Position numbers and translations under genes: made by a program | The notes under the pieces: generated by a model | Database searches by the model: none | Told to the model about the DNA's origin: nothing | Seen by the model: only the letters and a program-made list of their open reading frames with translations | IMG/VR virus record: IMGVR_UViG_3300037308_000272 | Location: 1-29,436 of that record | Source of the DNA: a virus | Lineage: Duplodnaviria > Caudoviricetes | Strand: one strand, 5' to 3' | DNA: 29,436 nucleotides | Shown here: positions 8,310 to 16,783 of the stretch, in pieces | Layout of the letters: each line of letters begins with the position of its first letter | How positions within the stretch are numbered: the first letter of the stretch is position 1

Positions 8310-10895
8310 TTATCCTTTGCTCAACCCCATTTTAATGAGCTCTTTTTCGAACTGCTTCACCATGCTGCGTGTCACCCTAGTGCTGCCAACAACTGTGAGC
8401 GGCATCTCGGCTGCGCCGGCCTGGAACCGGATCGTCATGGTCTCCCGTGCGCCTGCGCCTGGAACCATCCCGCCCTCCTGGAACGCGAATCTGGCCTCGG
8501 GCATGGCGGGCACTGCCAGGTTCGAGAAGAGACCTCCGATCCGGGCTCGGACCATGCCGGTGAGATCCAGCTTCATGGAGTTGAGCGAATCGAAGAGTGC
8601 CGCTCCGTATTTTGCGACCGCCTCCTTCCGGATCACAAATTCCCCTGCTTCGAGCTTGGCATTGATCCGGTCCCCGCCGCCATAACCGCTGAGCTTTCCC
8701 CCCAGCGCCAGACCCGCAAGCCCGCCTGCGGCGTTGGCTTCAACATGGTGGGTCACAACCGTAATATGCTTGGTTTCATCCCTGGTGAGGGCATTGATGG
8801 CGTTCTGGGCCGATTCAAGCCCCCTGAGCGTGATCTGGACGTTAGCCTCCCGCTCCTTGGCGATTTCATCGAGATGCTGCTTGATCCCGTCTGCCGTGGC
8901 GGTCCATTGGGCCGCTGCGGTCTCGGCCGCCGTCTTTTGCTTTCCGTAGAGATCTTCCACGAAGCGGCCCACTTCCGTGATGCCGTTTATGGCGACCTGT
9001 TTGGTCTCCTCGATGGATTGCACGACCACGTCCTTGCCGCCCTCTGTCTTTTTGACTTCGTTGGCCAGATCCGCGTAAAGGCTTTCTGCGTCCTTGGCCA
9101 GTTTTTCGGCGAGCTCGTAATCATTCTGCGCCAGGGCCTGCTTGGCAGAGGAGAGCTTCTCCTCGGCCTGCCGCCGCCTGTCGTTCCAGGCCAGCTCCTC
9201 GTCCAGCCCCTTGCGGTTCAGCTCGCGGATCTTATCCTGTGTGGAGAGGCGGGCATATTTGATCTTTTCTTCCCACTCGATGGCTTTCTTTGCGTAATCC
9301 TCGGCCTGCTTCCTGGCTTCCTCATAGGACTTTCTGGCCTGTTTCTCGAACTCATCGAGCTGTTCTGTCGTGGCGGCCACGGCCTGGGCTGGTTTCTTCA
9401 TCGCCTCGGCAGCGCCTGTGGCGACCTCGCCCACCTTCTGAAACCCCTCCTGGATCTCCTGAAGTCGAGCGTTCACATCGGCAAGCTGCCTCTGCGCTTC
9501 CATTGCCTCATCGGTGAAAGTGCCGAGCCAGGTTTTCTCCTGGGCCTTGGTTTCGAGCTGGTTCTGAAGGGTCGTATAATAGGCCCTGGCTTTGGCGAGC
9601 TTGTCCCTGAGGTCGTCGAGTTCCTGCTGGGCGAGCTTTGTCAGATCGTTCGGCAGCTTTACGTTCTTGAAATCTTCGTACTTGCGCATGAGCCGGTCCG
9701 CGTTCTCGCGCAACCGATCCTGCGCCTCCCCGGCCTGGGCCGCAGCAGCACGCCATTCAACGAAGGCAGCGATAGCTCCTGCCACCTTGTCGGCTGACCA
9801 TGCCGCTACAGCGAAAAGCGCGGCTTTGCCCAGAGCCCCAGCAAATCCAGTCGTTGCCGCCACGGCTGCATTCGCCACCGCGATAAAATTTCTAAACCAC
9901 GAAATAATTCCCATACCGGTCATGACGGCATTGAGCGCGGTGATAACTGTCACCAATTTCCCGACCACGGAGACGGCAGCCGCAGTGCCCAGGATTGCCA
10001 GGACCACATTTTTCCATTCTGCGACAAACTGGATAGTCTTTGCCGTGAGCGTAATGATATCGGCGACAAATTTTCCGATGTGGCCGGCGTTTTGCCTTAA
10101 CATTGACGCGACCTGGTTGAGCGCTTCGGCGATCTCCTTGTTGGACGTTACCGCGTTTTCCACCTCTTTACGCACCAGAGCCAGAGCCCCTCCGAATGTC
10201 TTCACACTCCCCGCTGCCCGGCCTTGGATCTCTGCGGTCTGTTGTAGAAAGGCCTGGTAGCGCACCTGAGCCTTTTCCAGGTCGGTCAGTTTCTCCCAGG
10301 CGACGCCCGTGGCATTCGCGCTTTCATAAATCGTTTTTACGTAGTTCTCGTTGAGCGTGAGTCCCAGAAACTCCGCAGATTCGGCCTCGCCCCTCAAAGC
10401 GGCGGTCACCCGCTCGATTGCTCCTTCGAGCTCAACCTTACCGGCGCCCAGGTCTGCGGAACGCCTGATTACTTCCTCCATCTGGTCCTTGCTGAGACCC
10501 AGCCTCTTGGTCATATCCACGGTGCGGGAGACGGCGTTCTTGAGGGCCGTATCAGAATAGATCTGGAGCTCGTCGGAAAGCCTCCGAATCGTGGTCTCCC
10601 ATTTCTGCGCCGAGCCGATGTTCCCGAATTCGCGGTTTGCTGCCTTAAGGCTGGTCTCCATGTTGTAGGCTGCTGCCTGGCCCTCCTGAAGCACGGAGGC
10701 CAATTTGCCGAGGGTTACAACCGTACCGCCGATCCCGGCAAGGCCCATCAGTTCGGATCGGAGTCCGGAGACCATCCTGCGGCCATTCCCGATCTGATCA
10801 TTGAATGTTTTCCAGGCTTGTCTAGCGCGGTTCGTGAAATCGAGAAAGGACTGTCCTGCTGCCTTGATCGTGAGAGTTATGGTTTGCCCTTGCAT
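8310..10895 (-). CDS. Tail tape measure protein
   Basis: About 860 aa, Ala-rich and helical with a hydrophobic middle. C-terminal GG...GGGDRINAKLEAGEFVIRKEAV motif. Follows the chaperone genes. Start at 10895 or 10913. Confidence 0.92.
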   Translation of the reverse strand: MQGQTITLTIKAAGQSFLDFTNRARQAWKTFNDQIGNGRRMVSGLRSELMGLAGIGGTVVTLGKLASVLQEGQAAAYNMETSLKAANREFGNIGSAQKWETTIRRLSDELQIYSDTALKNAVSRTVDMTKRLGLSKDQMEEVIRRSADLGAGKVELEGAIERVTAALRGEAESAEFLGLTLNENYVKTIYESANATGVAWEKLTDLEKAQVRYQAFLQQTAEIQGRAAGSVKTFGGALALVRKEVENAVTSNKEIAEALNQVASMLRQNAGHIGKFVADIITLTAKTIQFVAEWKNVVLAILGTAAAVSVVGKLVTVITALNAVMTGMGIISWFRNFIAVANAAVAATTGFAGALGKAALFAVAAWSADKVAGAIAAFVEWRAAAAQAGEAQDRLRENADRLMRKYEDFKNVKLPNDLTKLAQQELDDLRDKLAKARAYYTTLQNQLETKAQEKTWLGTFTDEAMEAQRQLADVNARLQEIQEGFQKVGEVATGAAEAMKKPAQAVAATTEQLDEFEKQARKSYEEARKQAEDYAKKAIEWEEKIKYARLSTQDKIRELNRKGLDEELAWNDRRRQAEEKLSSAKQALAQNDYELAEKLAKDAESLYADLANEVKKTEGGKDVVVQSIEETKQVAINGITEVGRFVEDLYGKQKTAAETAAAQWTATADGIKQHLDEIAKEREANVQITLRGLESAQNAINALTRDETKHITVVTHHVEANAAGGLAGLALGGKLSGYGGGDRINAKLEAGEFVIRKEAVAKYGAALFDSLNSMKLDLTGMVRARIGGLFSNLAVPAMPEARFAFQEGGMVPGAGARETMTIRFQAGAAEMPLTVVGSTRVTRSMVKQFEKELIKMGLSKG

Positions 10896-10896
10896 A

Positions 10897-11037
10897 TTAG
10901 CGCCCTCTGCCATAGAATCTGAAAATGCTCATTGCACTGTCGAATATTTTCATAGCCATCGCGCTCTTTTCGGCCGCCTGGTCTTTCGGGTGGGGATGGC
11001 CAGGTTTTTGTTGTTCCCTCATCGCTCTCAACATCAT
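10897..11037 (-). CDS. Small hypothetical ORF (46 aa)
   Basis: MMLRAMREQQKPGHPHPKDQ...FRFYGRGR* fills the gap and stops 1 nt before the tape measure ATG. Confidence 0.3.
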   Translation of the reverse strand: MMLRAMREQQKPGHPHPKDQAAEKSAMAMKIFDSAMSIFRFYGRGR

Positions 11038-11072
11038 TCTCAGCGTCCTTTTCCGCCGTAGAACCTCATAGC

Positions 11073-11456
11073 TCACAGGGTGTTGCGCAGGGGACGGCTT
11101 CCACGCCGTTCCGCTTTGAGCTTCTTCCCGTGGTGGATAGTCTTAAAGGCCGGATGATCGGCAGCGGCTTTTCTCCCTGGGCTACTCCGGGCTTCCCTGG
11201 AGAACAAAGATCGCCATTCCCTGGGGCCTGCGTGCATTCCGTAGCGCACCGCCAGGGCCATTTCTCTAAGCCGGTCCTTTCTGATCCGAACGTGTTCCTT
11301 TTGCATGGCGACGAAAAACGACAAGCCATACTGCAACACCCCTATGTGGCCGGATTCGATAAGTTCTGAAATAGCCCCAATAAGCTCTTCATGAAATTCT
11401 CTTTGACCTGGACCGCCAGGGCGCTGAGCCCGAGCCGGTCCGCCAGGACGAAAAAA
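11073..11456 (-). CDS. Tail assembly chaperone, frameshifted (G-T-like) C-terminal part
   Basis: The -1 frame is open from T-TTT-TTC (11450..11456): FRPGG...ELIESGHIGVLQYGLSFF... Confidence 0.7.
   Translation of the reverse strand, partial: FFRPGGPARAQRPGGPGQREFHEELIGAISELIESGHIGVLQYGLSFFVAMQKEHVRIRKDRLREMALAVRYGMHAGPREWRSLFSREARSSPGRKAAADHPAFKTIHHGKKLKAERRGSRPLRNTL
11087..11113 (+). repeat. GTAG-type REP-like palindrome, copy 1
   Basis: GCAGGGGACGGCTTCCACGCCGTTCCG. Confidence 0.75.
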
Positions 11457-11701
11457 GCGGAGTTGACCTCCCGCCAGGCCTGGTAAACCTGCTCGATCTC
11501 GGAGGGCGTCATGGTCTTGAAATCATCGATTTTCAGATCCGTCATCTTGATGAGATGCTTTTCGAGCAGCGCCGAGAGACTGAAGGGTTCCTCCTTTGCA
11601 GCCTCTTCGCTCTCGCCAAGGATGTCCAGGATGTCCTGCACGCTAAGCTCATTGACCATGATCTCCCTGTTATCGATCTTGACGACTTTACGTTTTCGCA
11701 T
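11342..11701 (-). CDS. Tail assembly chaperone (G-like)
   Basis: MRKRKVVKIDNREIMVNELSV...PSEIEQVYQAWREVNSAFF; GAGGGAG RBS before ATG 11701; position. Confidence 0.82.
   Translation of the reverse strand: MRKRKVVKIDNREIMVNELSVQDILDILGESEEAAKEEPFSLSALLEKHLIKMTDLKIDDFKTMTPSEIEQVYQAWREVNSAFFVLADRLGLSALAVQVKENFMKSLLGLFQNLSNPAT
11450..11456 (-). other. Programmed -1 frameshift slippery site T TTT TTC
   Basis: X XXY YYZ heptamer in frame in the chaperone gene between tail tube and tape measure; -1 frame open to 11073. Confidence 0.7.
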
Positions 11702-11744
11702 AGCGCTCCCTCGTCCAGGATAGGTCCTGTTGGACTTATTGGAC

Positions 11745-12311
11745 CTATGCGGTGGTTGTTGTCGTGCTGCTGCTGCTCGTGGTCGTGGTCGTGGTCGTCG
11801 TGTTGTAGATGTCGAACCACGGGCTCTCGGCATGATTCGTCGTGTCCTTCAGGCCCTCGAAGACGTGCGGAAGCGTCATCCATTCGTCCGCGATCAGCCC
11901 TTGAGCTCCGTTCAGGCGCAGTTTACCCCGCCAGAATTCGTAGATTCTATTGGGTCCCTCTGGGTTGTCCTGCTTGAAGCGCAGGGCATACTCCTGACTC
12001 ACGTTGGACAGTCCGTGGATGCGACGCCCCTCCTGCGTCCCCATAAAGGCACGGACCAGGTTCGCGTCGCTCATCTCATCGAGTGCAAAGTTGCAGGTAT
12101 ATCCCGCTTCGAGTACCACGATCTTGTCCTTTTCCCTGAGGCCGCTCCTCTTCGTGTAGTGGGGCAGCTCCTCGATCGTGAGCTCGAAGTTGAATTCCGT
12201 GCAGTTTCCCGCATCCTCATAAGCGCCTGGGGCGCCGCCTGTAAACGTCGCGATCGATAGTACCCCTCTTCCGAGGGTGTACAGTTCGCTTGATGGATTG
12301 CTCTGAGGCAT
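11745..12311 (-). CDS. Major tail (tube) protein with a C-terminal T8-S4-T5-A tag
   Basis: YTLGRG...GNCTEFNF motif resembling siphoviral tube proteins; AGGAGG RBS; position before the chaperones. Confidence 0.85.
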   Translation of the reverse strand: MPQSNPSSELYTLGRGVLSIATFTGGAPGAYEDAGNCTEFNFELTIEELPHYTKRSGLREKDKIVVLEAGYTCNFALDEMSDANLVRAFMGTQEGRRIHGLSNVSQEYALRFKQDNPEGPNRIYEFWRGKLRLNGAQGLIADEWMTLPHVFEGLKDTTNHAESPWFDIYNTTTTTTTTSSSSTTTTTA

Positions 12312-12352
12312 GGTGTTTCCTCCTTTTTAATTTCAACTTTGAAATTTCACAT

Positions 12353-12805
12353 TCAAGATGGCGTTCTCACTGTTTTCGTTTCATAACTTGCCGAGTAGAT
12401 GCAAATCCCCCTGGCCGGCGCAAACGCCACCACCGACTCCCCGCTACAGGACAGGGGCGGCCACAAGGCCACCAAGCTCTTTCGGTGAAGGGCCTCCCTG
12501 GCCAGGGTCAACAGGTTGTAGACTCCGGGGCTCGCGGCATCTCCTCGGGTAGCGAGAGCGCTTCCCCGCACGTTTCGGTCCCCGACGACCAGGGTGACGG
12601 AGAGGATCTTCTCGTCATAGCGGTTGCGCGGCTGGATCCTCAAGTCCCCCACCACCACGTAAATGGCCGGAAAGCGAAGGGTAGCCTCCTCGATCTCTTC
12701 CGCGTCGAGTTGGTCCGCATAGGGTTCAAGGGTCCTGAGGCCATTGGCCTTTAGCGGCTCCAGGGCGGCTATCACTGCGTCTTCCCATAGTTCAAATTCG
12801 TGCAT
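12353..12805 (-). CDS. Mu gp37-like (DUF1834) head-tail/tail completion protein
   Basis: EDAVIAAL...YADQLD...PAIYV pattern; follows gp36. Confidence 0.75.
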   Translation of the reverse strand: MHEFELWEDAVIAALEPLKANGLRTLEPYADQLDAEEIEEATLRFPAIYVVVGDLRIQPRNRYDEKILSVTLVVGDRNVRGSALATRGDAASPGVYNLLTLAREALHRKSLVALWPPLSCSGESVVAFAPARGICIYSASYETKTVRTPS

Positions 12806-12849
12806 CCTTATTTTTTATAGGCCCTATTCGACCGATTCGACCTATCCTC

Positions 12850-13287
12850 CTAATACTTGTCCATTGTTGTTGAGTCGAAAACCTTGGTCCTCACCGACGT
12901 CTGGGCCGCTCCCGCGTAATTTCCCTCCTCCACCGGGTCGGGCGGCGGATGACTGCCAAGGGTCAGTTCGCCCTTGGCGACCTTTTCCAGGAACCGGATC
13001 GCGTTCTCGTACCTCTTCTGCCGCGTTTCAGGGACAGACTCCGTGATCCGCGCATAGAGATTATAGATCGCGATGTCGATGTTGAGCTTCTCAAGGATCG
13101 CCGGGATGGAGGACAGGGGCAGGTCGTAAAGGCTTCCGAGATACGTGTTGATCTCCTCGGCCCCTGCCTCGATGGCCTCATCGACTTTTTCCTCATCGAT
13201 AGCGCCCCGGTCCTCGTCATCCGTCAGCCGCATGAGAACATCCATCGGCAATGCCTTCTGGATGTTCTCCAGGTCGCAATAACCCAT
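12850..13287 (-). CDS. Mu gp36-like (DUF1320) head-tail connector
   Basis: YCDL...LTDD...EINTYLGSLYDLPL...DIAIYNLY...RYENAIRFLEKVAKGELTLG. Confidence 0.92.
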   Translation of the reverse strand: MGYCDLENIQKALPMDVLMRLTDDEDRGAIDEEKVDEAIEAGAEEINTYLGSLYDLPLSSIPAILEKLNIDIAIYNLYARITESVPETRQKRYENAIRFLEKVAKGELTLGSHPPPDPVEEGNYAGAAQTSVRTKVFDSTTMDKY

Positions 13288-13335
13288 AGCTCACTCCGTG
13301 ATTCTCAAATTTGACATTTCAAATTTGAAATTCTC

Positions 13336-14349
13336 TTACAGCACCTTCGCGTACACCACGGCTCCCGGTCTCTGGAGCACCGGAAGAGGCCTCGTTTCCG
13401 CCTTGATCCACCGTCCGCTCGGATCATTCTCCTTCCAGCTCTTGGAGAAGTAGAGGACCCCGGCCCCGGTCGCCCCGATGTTGCCGACCCCGCCGGGGGC
13501 GTCGTCGTCCACGATGGGCGCATAGGGCACATCCACCAGATCCTGACACAGCCCGACCAGGAGGATGTAGTTATCCGGGATCAGGTATTGACGGTTGCCC
13601 TTCTCATCCAGGAACGAGTCATTGACCTCGATCATCTCGACGTTGGAGAGGCGCGAGATCCTGCCGGTCTCCGCGATCTGGCCGCCCTGCCCGTAGCGCA
13701 GGAGCTCCCGCACGCTGGTGATGTTCAGGAGCGCATCCATGACGTTCCCTGCCATGAAGGCCACCCACCCTGTGATCCCTGCGTAGGCGTCCTTCTCGAT
13801 CAGCCTCTGCCAGATCCGGAGGCGTCCGATCGGGTTGGAGTTGGAGGTGTCGCTCCAGAGCGATGTTCCCGTCAAGACGATGATGTGCGTGGAGTCTAGC
13901 CCATAGTCCACCAAGGCCGTGGTCATGTCCGAATCGTAGATCACGCCCTTGAGCGCATTCGCGGCCCAAAACTCCAAGGTGCGGTCCATGATGCCTCTCA
14001 TGTCCATCTGCTCCCTGGCGATCCGGGTCTCCATCATCTCGGTCTGAACCTGATCGCCGTAGGCCCTGAGGGCATTCAGCTCAGAGGTATGAATAAAGCG
14101 CTTCTGCGCCAGTCTGGGCGCCGTGAGGGTCACCGTGACCCGGTTTGTCTTATCCGTCACTACGGCAGGAGCGTAGACGGATATGTTTTTGAGCACCTTT
14201 TCGCTCCCGGAGATCACGTCGAAGGCCAGCCGGTCGCTCGGTTCCAGGTGTTCTTTGCCCCGGAAAATGCGGTCATAGATTTTCATGCCCGGCGTCACCA
14301 TCTGGTTGATCGCCGTAGTTAATACTCTTACGAGAAACAGATTGTCCAT
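13336..14349 (-). CDS. Major capsid protein (lambda gpE-like)
   Basis: 337 aa; R-E-W...AL-G, VDYGL, WS...NPI, ETRPLPV motifs; follows protease and decoration genes; AGGAGGAGG RBS. Confidence 0.88.
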   Translation of the reverse strand: MDNLFLVRVLTTAINQMVTPGMKIYDRIFRGKEHLEPSDRLAFDVISGSEKVLKNISVYAPAVVTDKTNRVTVTLTAPRLAQKRFIHTSELNALRAYGDQVQTEMMETRIAREQMDMRGIMDRTLEFWAANALKGVIYDSDMTTALVDYGLDSTHIIVLTGTSLWSDTSNSNPIGRLRIWQRLIEKDAYAGITGWVAFMAGNVMDALLNITSVRELLRYGQGGQIAETGRISRLSNVEMIEVNDSFLDEKGNRQYLIPDNYILLVGLCQDLVDVPYAPIVDDDAPGGVGNIGATGAGVLYFSKSWKENDPSGRWIKAETRPLPVLQRPGAVVYAKVL

Positions 14350-14402
14350 TTTCCTCCTCCTCTTTGATTTGAAATCTCACATTTCAAGTTTAACTCCCCC
14401 GC

Positions 14403-14831
14403 TTATGCCGTTGTCGTAGTCGTGGTGCTGCTGGATGTCGTTGTGGTGATGTCAGCCACGTTCTCCTCGACGATGATGCCGTGGTCAGCCAGGTTCGTGA
14501 TCGCCGCTCTTTTGTTGAGCGTGGTGATCGCCGCAGGCCAAATCAGATCCGTCTCGCGATACTTGCCCACGAAATACGCCTGGACCTTGGTCACGGTACT
14601 CGCGTTATTAGCTGCGTCCTCGGCCAGGATGGCCCTGGCGTTCGTTGGCGAGCCTGCCGTGAGCTGCTGCCATGTCGTGCCATTGGTCGCCACCATCTCC
14701 AGCACCGTACCCCTGGACAGGGCCCCCGCCGAAATCTTGAGGTTGATTTCCTTCTGGATGTGGACATCTCCGGCCACGAGCTGGCTCAGGGCCTCGGTGT
14801 CCGATGTTCTCGTCACTCCGTAAGTCGCCAT
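14403..14831 (-). CDS. Head decoration protein (lambda gpD-like) with a C-terminal T4-S3-T6-A tag
   Basis: GALSRGTVL...AILAED...AYFVGKY...LIWP pattern; between protease and major capsid genes. Confidence 0.8.
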   Translation of the reverse strand: MATYGVTRTSDTEALSQLVAGDVHIQKEINLKISAGALSRGTVLEMVATNGTTWQQLTAGSPTNARAILAEDAANNASTVTKVQAYFVGKYRETDLIWPAAITTLNKRAAITNLADHGIIVEENVADITTTTSSSTTTTTTA

Positions 14832-14884
14832 TGTCTCCCCCTCCTCATGAATTTGAAATTTGCGATTTCAAATTTGAAATTGTC

Positions 14885-15415
14885 CTACGCCTTCATCGGC
14901 GTCACCTTAGCCGCGATCCGCTTGCCCGTCTCCACCTGCTGCTGCAAGTCGGTCTGCTGGGCTCCTGCCAGGCTCTTGGTGGCGAACTCCGCGAAGATCG
15001 GGATCTTCTCGAAGCTCTCCAGGAAATCCTGCATCCATTTGAGCGCGGGCTTCTTTCCGGTCTCACCTTCGCTGAACTGGATCGTCCGCTCCGCGTCCAG
15101 GCTTTCCATGAAAACGACTAGCCCGGCATCCCTCCAGGCGGGCAGGATTTTGCCGGCCTTGACCCGCTCTTCGACCCAGGCGGAGAGATCCTTCCTGCTC
15201 TGCTCTTTAGCGGCGGCTTTGCTTTTTTCCGCGAACTCAGCCTCTGCCTGGGCCTTGGCTTCCCTGGCCGCCATTTCCGCAGCCTCCTTTTTGGCCTTTT
15301 CGAGGTCGGCTTCTGAGAACTGCTTTCCGTCTCTTCCGCCGAATAGCTCCGTGTCTCCATCCTCTTCGGCCTGTTTCCAGAACTTGAAAATCTCCATGAA
15401 TTCTTTGAACGTCAT
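14885..15415 (-). CDS. Internal in-frame scaffold protein (Mu Z-like)
   Basis: AAGGAGGGAG RBS directly before the internal ATG (MTFKEFMEIFKFWK), as in the Mu I/Z arrangement. Confidence 0.7.
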   Translation of the reverse strand: MTFKEFMEIFKFWKQAEEDGDTELFGGRDGKQFSEADLEKAKKEAAEMAAREAKAQAEAEFAEKSKAAAKEQSRKDLSAWVEERVKAGKILPAWRDAGLVVFMESLDAERTIQFSEGETGKKPALKWMQDFLESFEKIPIFAEFATKSLAGAQQTDLQQQVETGKRIAAKVTPMKA

Positions 15416-15907
15416 TTTTCTCCCTCCTTGGTTTTTGGTTTTCTCTCCATCCGATCCATCGGATCGGTCCGATACCCCCCCCTCCTCAAACTCGAAACTC
15501 GTCCCCTTGTCCTTGAACCCGATATCCGCCAACCCCTTGACGGCCGGAGGCACAGCGCCCAGGAACCCCACGTGCCTGAGGGATCCGTCCGGGTAAAAAG
15601 CCGCGCTCCGTTTCTTGAAAAGCCCCTGCTCTACGGCGGCAGCAAACTCCGGCACGACCTGCCTGGTCTTCGCGAGCAAAACCTTGACGCCATCCTTTAC
15701 CGTGCTGCCAAGACTTTCGACCCATCCGTAGGCAGGCGCATTGTCCGCAGGATGGCCGATCACTATTGGCGGCTCGTGCTCCGAGGGTCTGAACTTGGCG
15801 AGCGCTTTGTCAATCAGGGCGTCGCCGTCATGTTCCCTCCCTTCGGAATCGACCTGTTTTCCTCCCCTGAAGATCTCGATCCAGTCGCCAAAGCCCTTGA
15901 ATTTCAT
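14885..15907 (-). CDS. Mu gp32-like prohead protease/scaffold (I)
   Basis: WIEIFRGG...PIVIGHP...PAYGWV...KKRSAAFY...LRHVGFLGAVPPAVKGL, then a coiled-coil scaffold region. Confidence 0.92.
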   Translation of the reverse strand: MKFKGFGDWIEIFRGGKQVDSEGREHDGDALIDKALAKFRPSEHEPPIVIGHPADNAPAYGWVESLGSTVKDGVKVLLAKTRQVVPEFAAAVEQGLFKKRSAAFYPDGSLRHVGFLGAVPPAVKGLADIGFKDKGTSFEFEEGGVSDRSDGSDGEKTKNQGGRKMTFKEFMEIFKFWKQAEEDGDTELFGGRDGKQFSEADLEKAKKEAAEMAAREAKAQAEAEFAEKSKAAAKEQSRKDLSAWVEERVKAGKILPAWRDAGLVVFMESLDAERTIQFSEGETGKKPALKWMQDFLESFEKIPIFAEFATKSLAGAQQTDLQQQVETGKRIAAKVTPMKA

Positions 15908-15974
15908 TGCATCCCTCCAGCGTTTTGTCGCCGATTTCGTTCCTTTAGGATAGGTCCAATTCGACTCATTTGAC

Positions 15975-16526
15975 CTATCTTCCTCCCCTCATGAAATGTT
16001 CGATAATGGACGATCTGATCTCGTCCCAATCCGTCCGCTTAACTCCCATGAACGGCCTTTTCGGAATGTCGCCCCAGGGCAGGACTGTTTTCCGTTTGTG
16101 TTCCTTCACCGTCACGTCCCTCGGCGCGATTGGCTTCCCGAAAGCCTTGGTGATCCTCCGCACGTGGGCCTTGACCGTAGCCTCCACCGTGCCGAACGAC
16201 CCTTTCCCCGCCCCGAACTGGTGGACAGCCGCATATTTCACCGGGGTCCCGATCTCCACCCGGTCCGCGTAGGCCCTATGATGGATCGAATTTCTCAGGA
16301 CCGCCGTATCCACGAGAGTGATCCCACCCTGGATTATCGCCCTCAGGGACTTCTTCCAAGGCACGCCCTCCGGCGACCGCTCGGCCCTGAAGTTCTCTAT
16401 GACGCTATCCCGCACGATCTGGCCGATAACGCCCATTGGCCGCGTCAGGTTGCCCATTCGTTTCTGCATCAGCTCCAGCAGGGGGCTTACCTGATCCTCT
16501 ACTTTGATCTCTAGGCTAACAGCCAC
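15975..16526 (-). CDS. Mu gp31/gpG-like virion morphogenesis protein
   Basis: F...SPEGVPW...TLVDTAVLRNSI...IGTPVKYAAVHQFG...IPKRPFMG. Confidence 0.93.
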   Translation of the reverse strand: MAVSLEIKVEDQVSPLLELMQKRMGNLTRPMGVIGQIVRDSVIENFRAERSPEGVPWKKSLRAIIQGGITLVDTAVLRNSIHHRAYADRVEIGTPVKYAAVHQFGAGKGSFGTVEATVKAHVRRITKAFGKPIAPRDVTVKEHKRKTVLPWGDIPKRPFMGVKRTDWDEIRSSIIEHFMRGGR

Positions 16527-16555
16527 TTGACAAACCCCAAAAAGTGTGGTAAAAG
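16527..16555 (+). promoter_or_regulatory. Sigma70-like promoter for the antisense gene
   Basis: TTGACA (16527..16532), 17-nt spacer ending TGTGG, then TAAAAG (16550..16555); ATG at 16562. Confidence 0.65.
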
Positions 16556-16561
16556 TCTTTC

Positions 16562-16783
16562 ATGCTTTACGATCAAACCCACATAGATCTCGCCCGAGAG
16601 GCCGGCGCTCCGGATCCGGAAGGCAATGCCCGCCGCGCCAGGGAAATTCTTTCACTCCTGCACAAACAAGCATTCAGCGAAGCCAAGAGTCGTCTAAAGA
16701 GCATCACGAATCCTGCAATCCGGGAAGACCTCCGTGTCGCCATCGAGTTTGATGAAACCTGCCGCTGCATTCCTACGCCCTGA
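16562..16783 (+). CDS. Small antisense protein convergent with MuF; candidate MuF immunity protein
   Basis: 73-aa helical ORF with its own promoter and no RBS (probably leaderless). It fills the MuF-gpG gap and overlaps the MuF 3' end. Confidence 0.65.
   Translation: MLYDQTHIDLAREAGAPDPEGNARRAREILSLLHKQAFSEAKSRLKSITNPAIREDLRVAIEFDETCRCIPTP

Noticed and set aside
11702-11833. N-terminal extension of the chaperone ORF given in the track
   Set aside because: It overlaps the tube poly-Thr tail in another frame; the RBS supports ATG 11701.
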